This document shows, piece by piece, positions 62,867 through 64,000 of a stretch of DNA of 64,000 nucleotides; the stretch's first letter is position 1, and every line of letters begins with the position of its first letter. The position numbers and the translations under genes are program-made. The notes below the pieces were generated by a model. It did not search any database and was not told the DNA's origin. It saw only the letters and a program-made list of their open reading frames with translations. This stretch comes from Reclinomonas americana ATCC 50394 (taxonomy: Eukaryota). The DNA is taken from contig PS015014.1 in the NCBI GenBank assembly GCA_048213135.1, forward strand, positions 60,973 to 124,972. The letters run 5' to 3'.

Positions 62867-64000
62867 TCACTTGACAAATGCGTGGTCGAGCAACTCGTCG
62901 ACCGAGAACCGCAAGTGGGGTTCCCTGCGCAGCGCCACCAGTCAGATAGTTAGCATATGTGCGCTGCTCATCTGCTCCTCTTGCGGATCAGACCTTTGTA
63001 GGCAGTGCTCGAGAAAATCCACAAGATCGGGCGGCAGTGAGTTGTCGGTGGGAATTGTCGGGCGCTGGCCAGCAAGGAGTGCGCTCACGATTTGCCACTG
63101 CCAGCCACACCATGCCATGCGCATGTGAGTAAAACCGTGCTTCGCCCTTCATCGACAGCCACTCACCTGGTTCAATTTGCCCCACGGAGCTCTGCCGGTG
63201 GCCAGCTGCAACAGCATGCAGCCGAGAGACCACACATCGGCACGCAGGCCGTAGCGCACCGAGCCCTCGTTGGTTGCACCTTCTGCGTCAAACGCCACGC
63301 AGCACACCTCCGGCGCAAAGTACGCCGGCGTGCCGGTCGATTGCGTGCCGGTTTGCGTCTCGGCGTCGAGCAGCTTGGCCACACCGAGATCGGCAATCTT
63401 CAACACATCGCCCGCCGATGATGGGCAGAGGAGCACGTTGCCGGGCTTGATGTCTGCGAGCGGGGATGGGAGGAGATGAGAGGCAAAGGAGAAGAATTTA
63501 AATGCATCTTGAAGACTTGCCTCGATGAACCACCAGATGAGAGTGCAGATAGGAGAGGCCATGCAACAGTTGCCTGTAATGCGGGAAAATGAGTGCTGGA
63601 TGGAAGCAGTGTGCGAGAACAAGAGCACAGACCGCGTGTAGTCGCGCAAAATGTCCACCGGCAGCACTCGATACAGAGAGAGACGCTCGGCGAGTGTGCC
63701 ACCCGAGCAGAGCTCCATGACTGTGTGCTCACCAAATGAGGTGACAGATGGCAGAAGGCAAAAGAGAGAGAGAGAGAGAGAGTAACACACCTAGTTGAAC
63801 CTCGGCAGCCTCGGGTACGTAGTGCACGTCGATGAGCTGCACCAGGTTGCGATGTCGCAGCTCCCGCAACAACTGCACTTCGTTGACCACCGCCACCACA
63901 TGCTGCTCGGCGACACCAGTCTGTGGCAATCGAATGCGCTTCACTGCCACTTGCGTGCCGCGTATTGGGCCCGACAAGATCATTCCTACCGGGCGTCGTT
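62867..64000 (-). CDS. Ser/Thr protein kinase (STE/MAP3K-like), 5'-truncated by window end
   Basis: VAVK; NEVQLLRELRHRNLV; HRDIKPGN; KIADLG; GTPAYFAPE; ADVWSLGC; LLDHAF. Confidence 0.88.

Noticed and set aside
63370-63400. Kinase DLG instead of DFG
   Set aside because: DLG is a common variant in active kinases, and the other catalytic motifs are intact.
1-64000. Alternative genetic code or stop read-through to explain the fragmented ORFs
   Set aside because: Fragmentation is explained by short spliceosomal introns; TAA, TAG and TGA all end genes normally.
1-64000. CRISPR arrays, rRNA/tRNA genes, intact transposons
   Set aside because: No repeat-spacer array, structured-RNA signature, transposase/RT ORF or terminal repeats were recognised; the repeats seen are coding or microsatellites.

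Overview
Gene-dense, intron-rich (mostly ~55-110 nt introns) genomic scaffold from a microbial eukaryote, with several N gaps; the lineage cannot be named from sequence alone. The genes were reconstructed by hand by splicing at GT/GC..AG junctions. In order: midasin 3' end, CZIB/DUF866, a 7TM-like membrane protein, TFIIH p52 (Tfb2), two tandem secreted beta-helix proteins with an orphan ABC 3' remnant between them, two ABCB half-transporters, cyclophilin PPIL1, a ~23 kb giant HECT E3 ligase, two orphans/relics, an AGFG-type ArfGAP, an LRR protein, PDCD2L, Yos1, a TBC (Bub2-like) GAP, TRAPPC2, a divergent TFIIB-family factor, a small orphan, WDR74/Nsa1, DPM3 and a partial protein kinase. The main discovery lies just after the catalytic Cys of the HECT ligase. 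There the conserved FFSLD motif appears to be encoded by five consecutive single-nucleotide exons (T,T,C,T,T) and two 4-nt exons (CTCG,CTCG), each flanked by full-size introns. Further 1-, 3-, 5- and 6-nt exons lie nearby, and the window uses a frequent shifted donor class (GTTGCGT). Exon structures are inferred from DNA only and need transcript confirmation.
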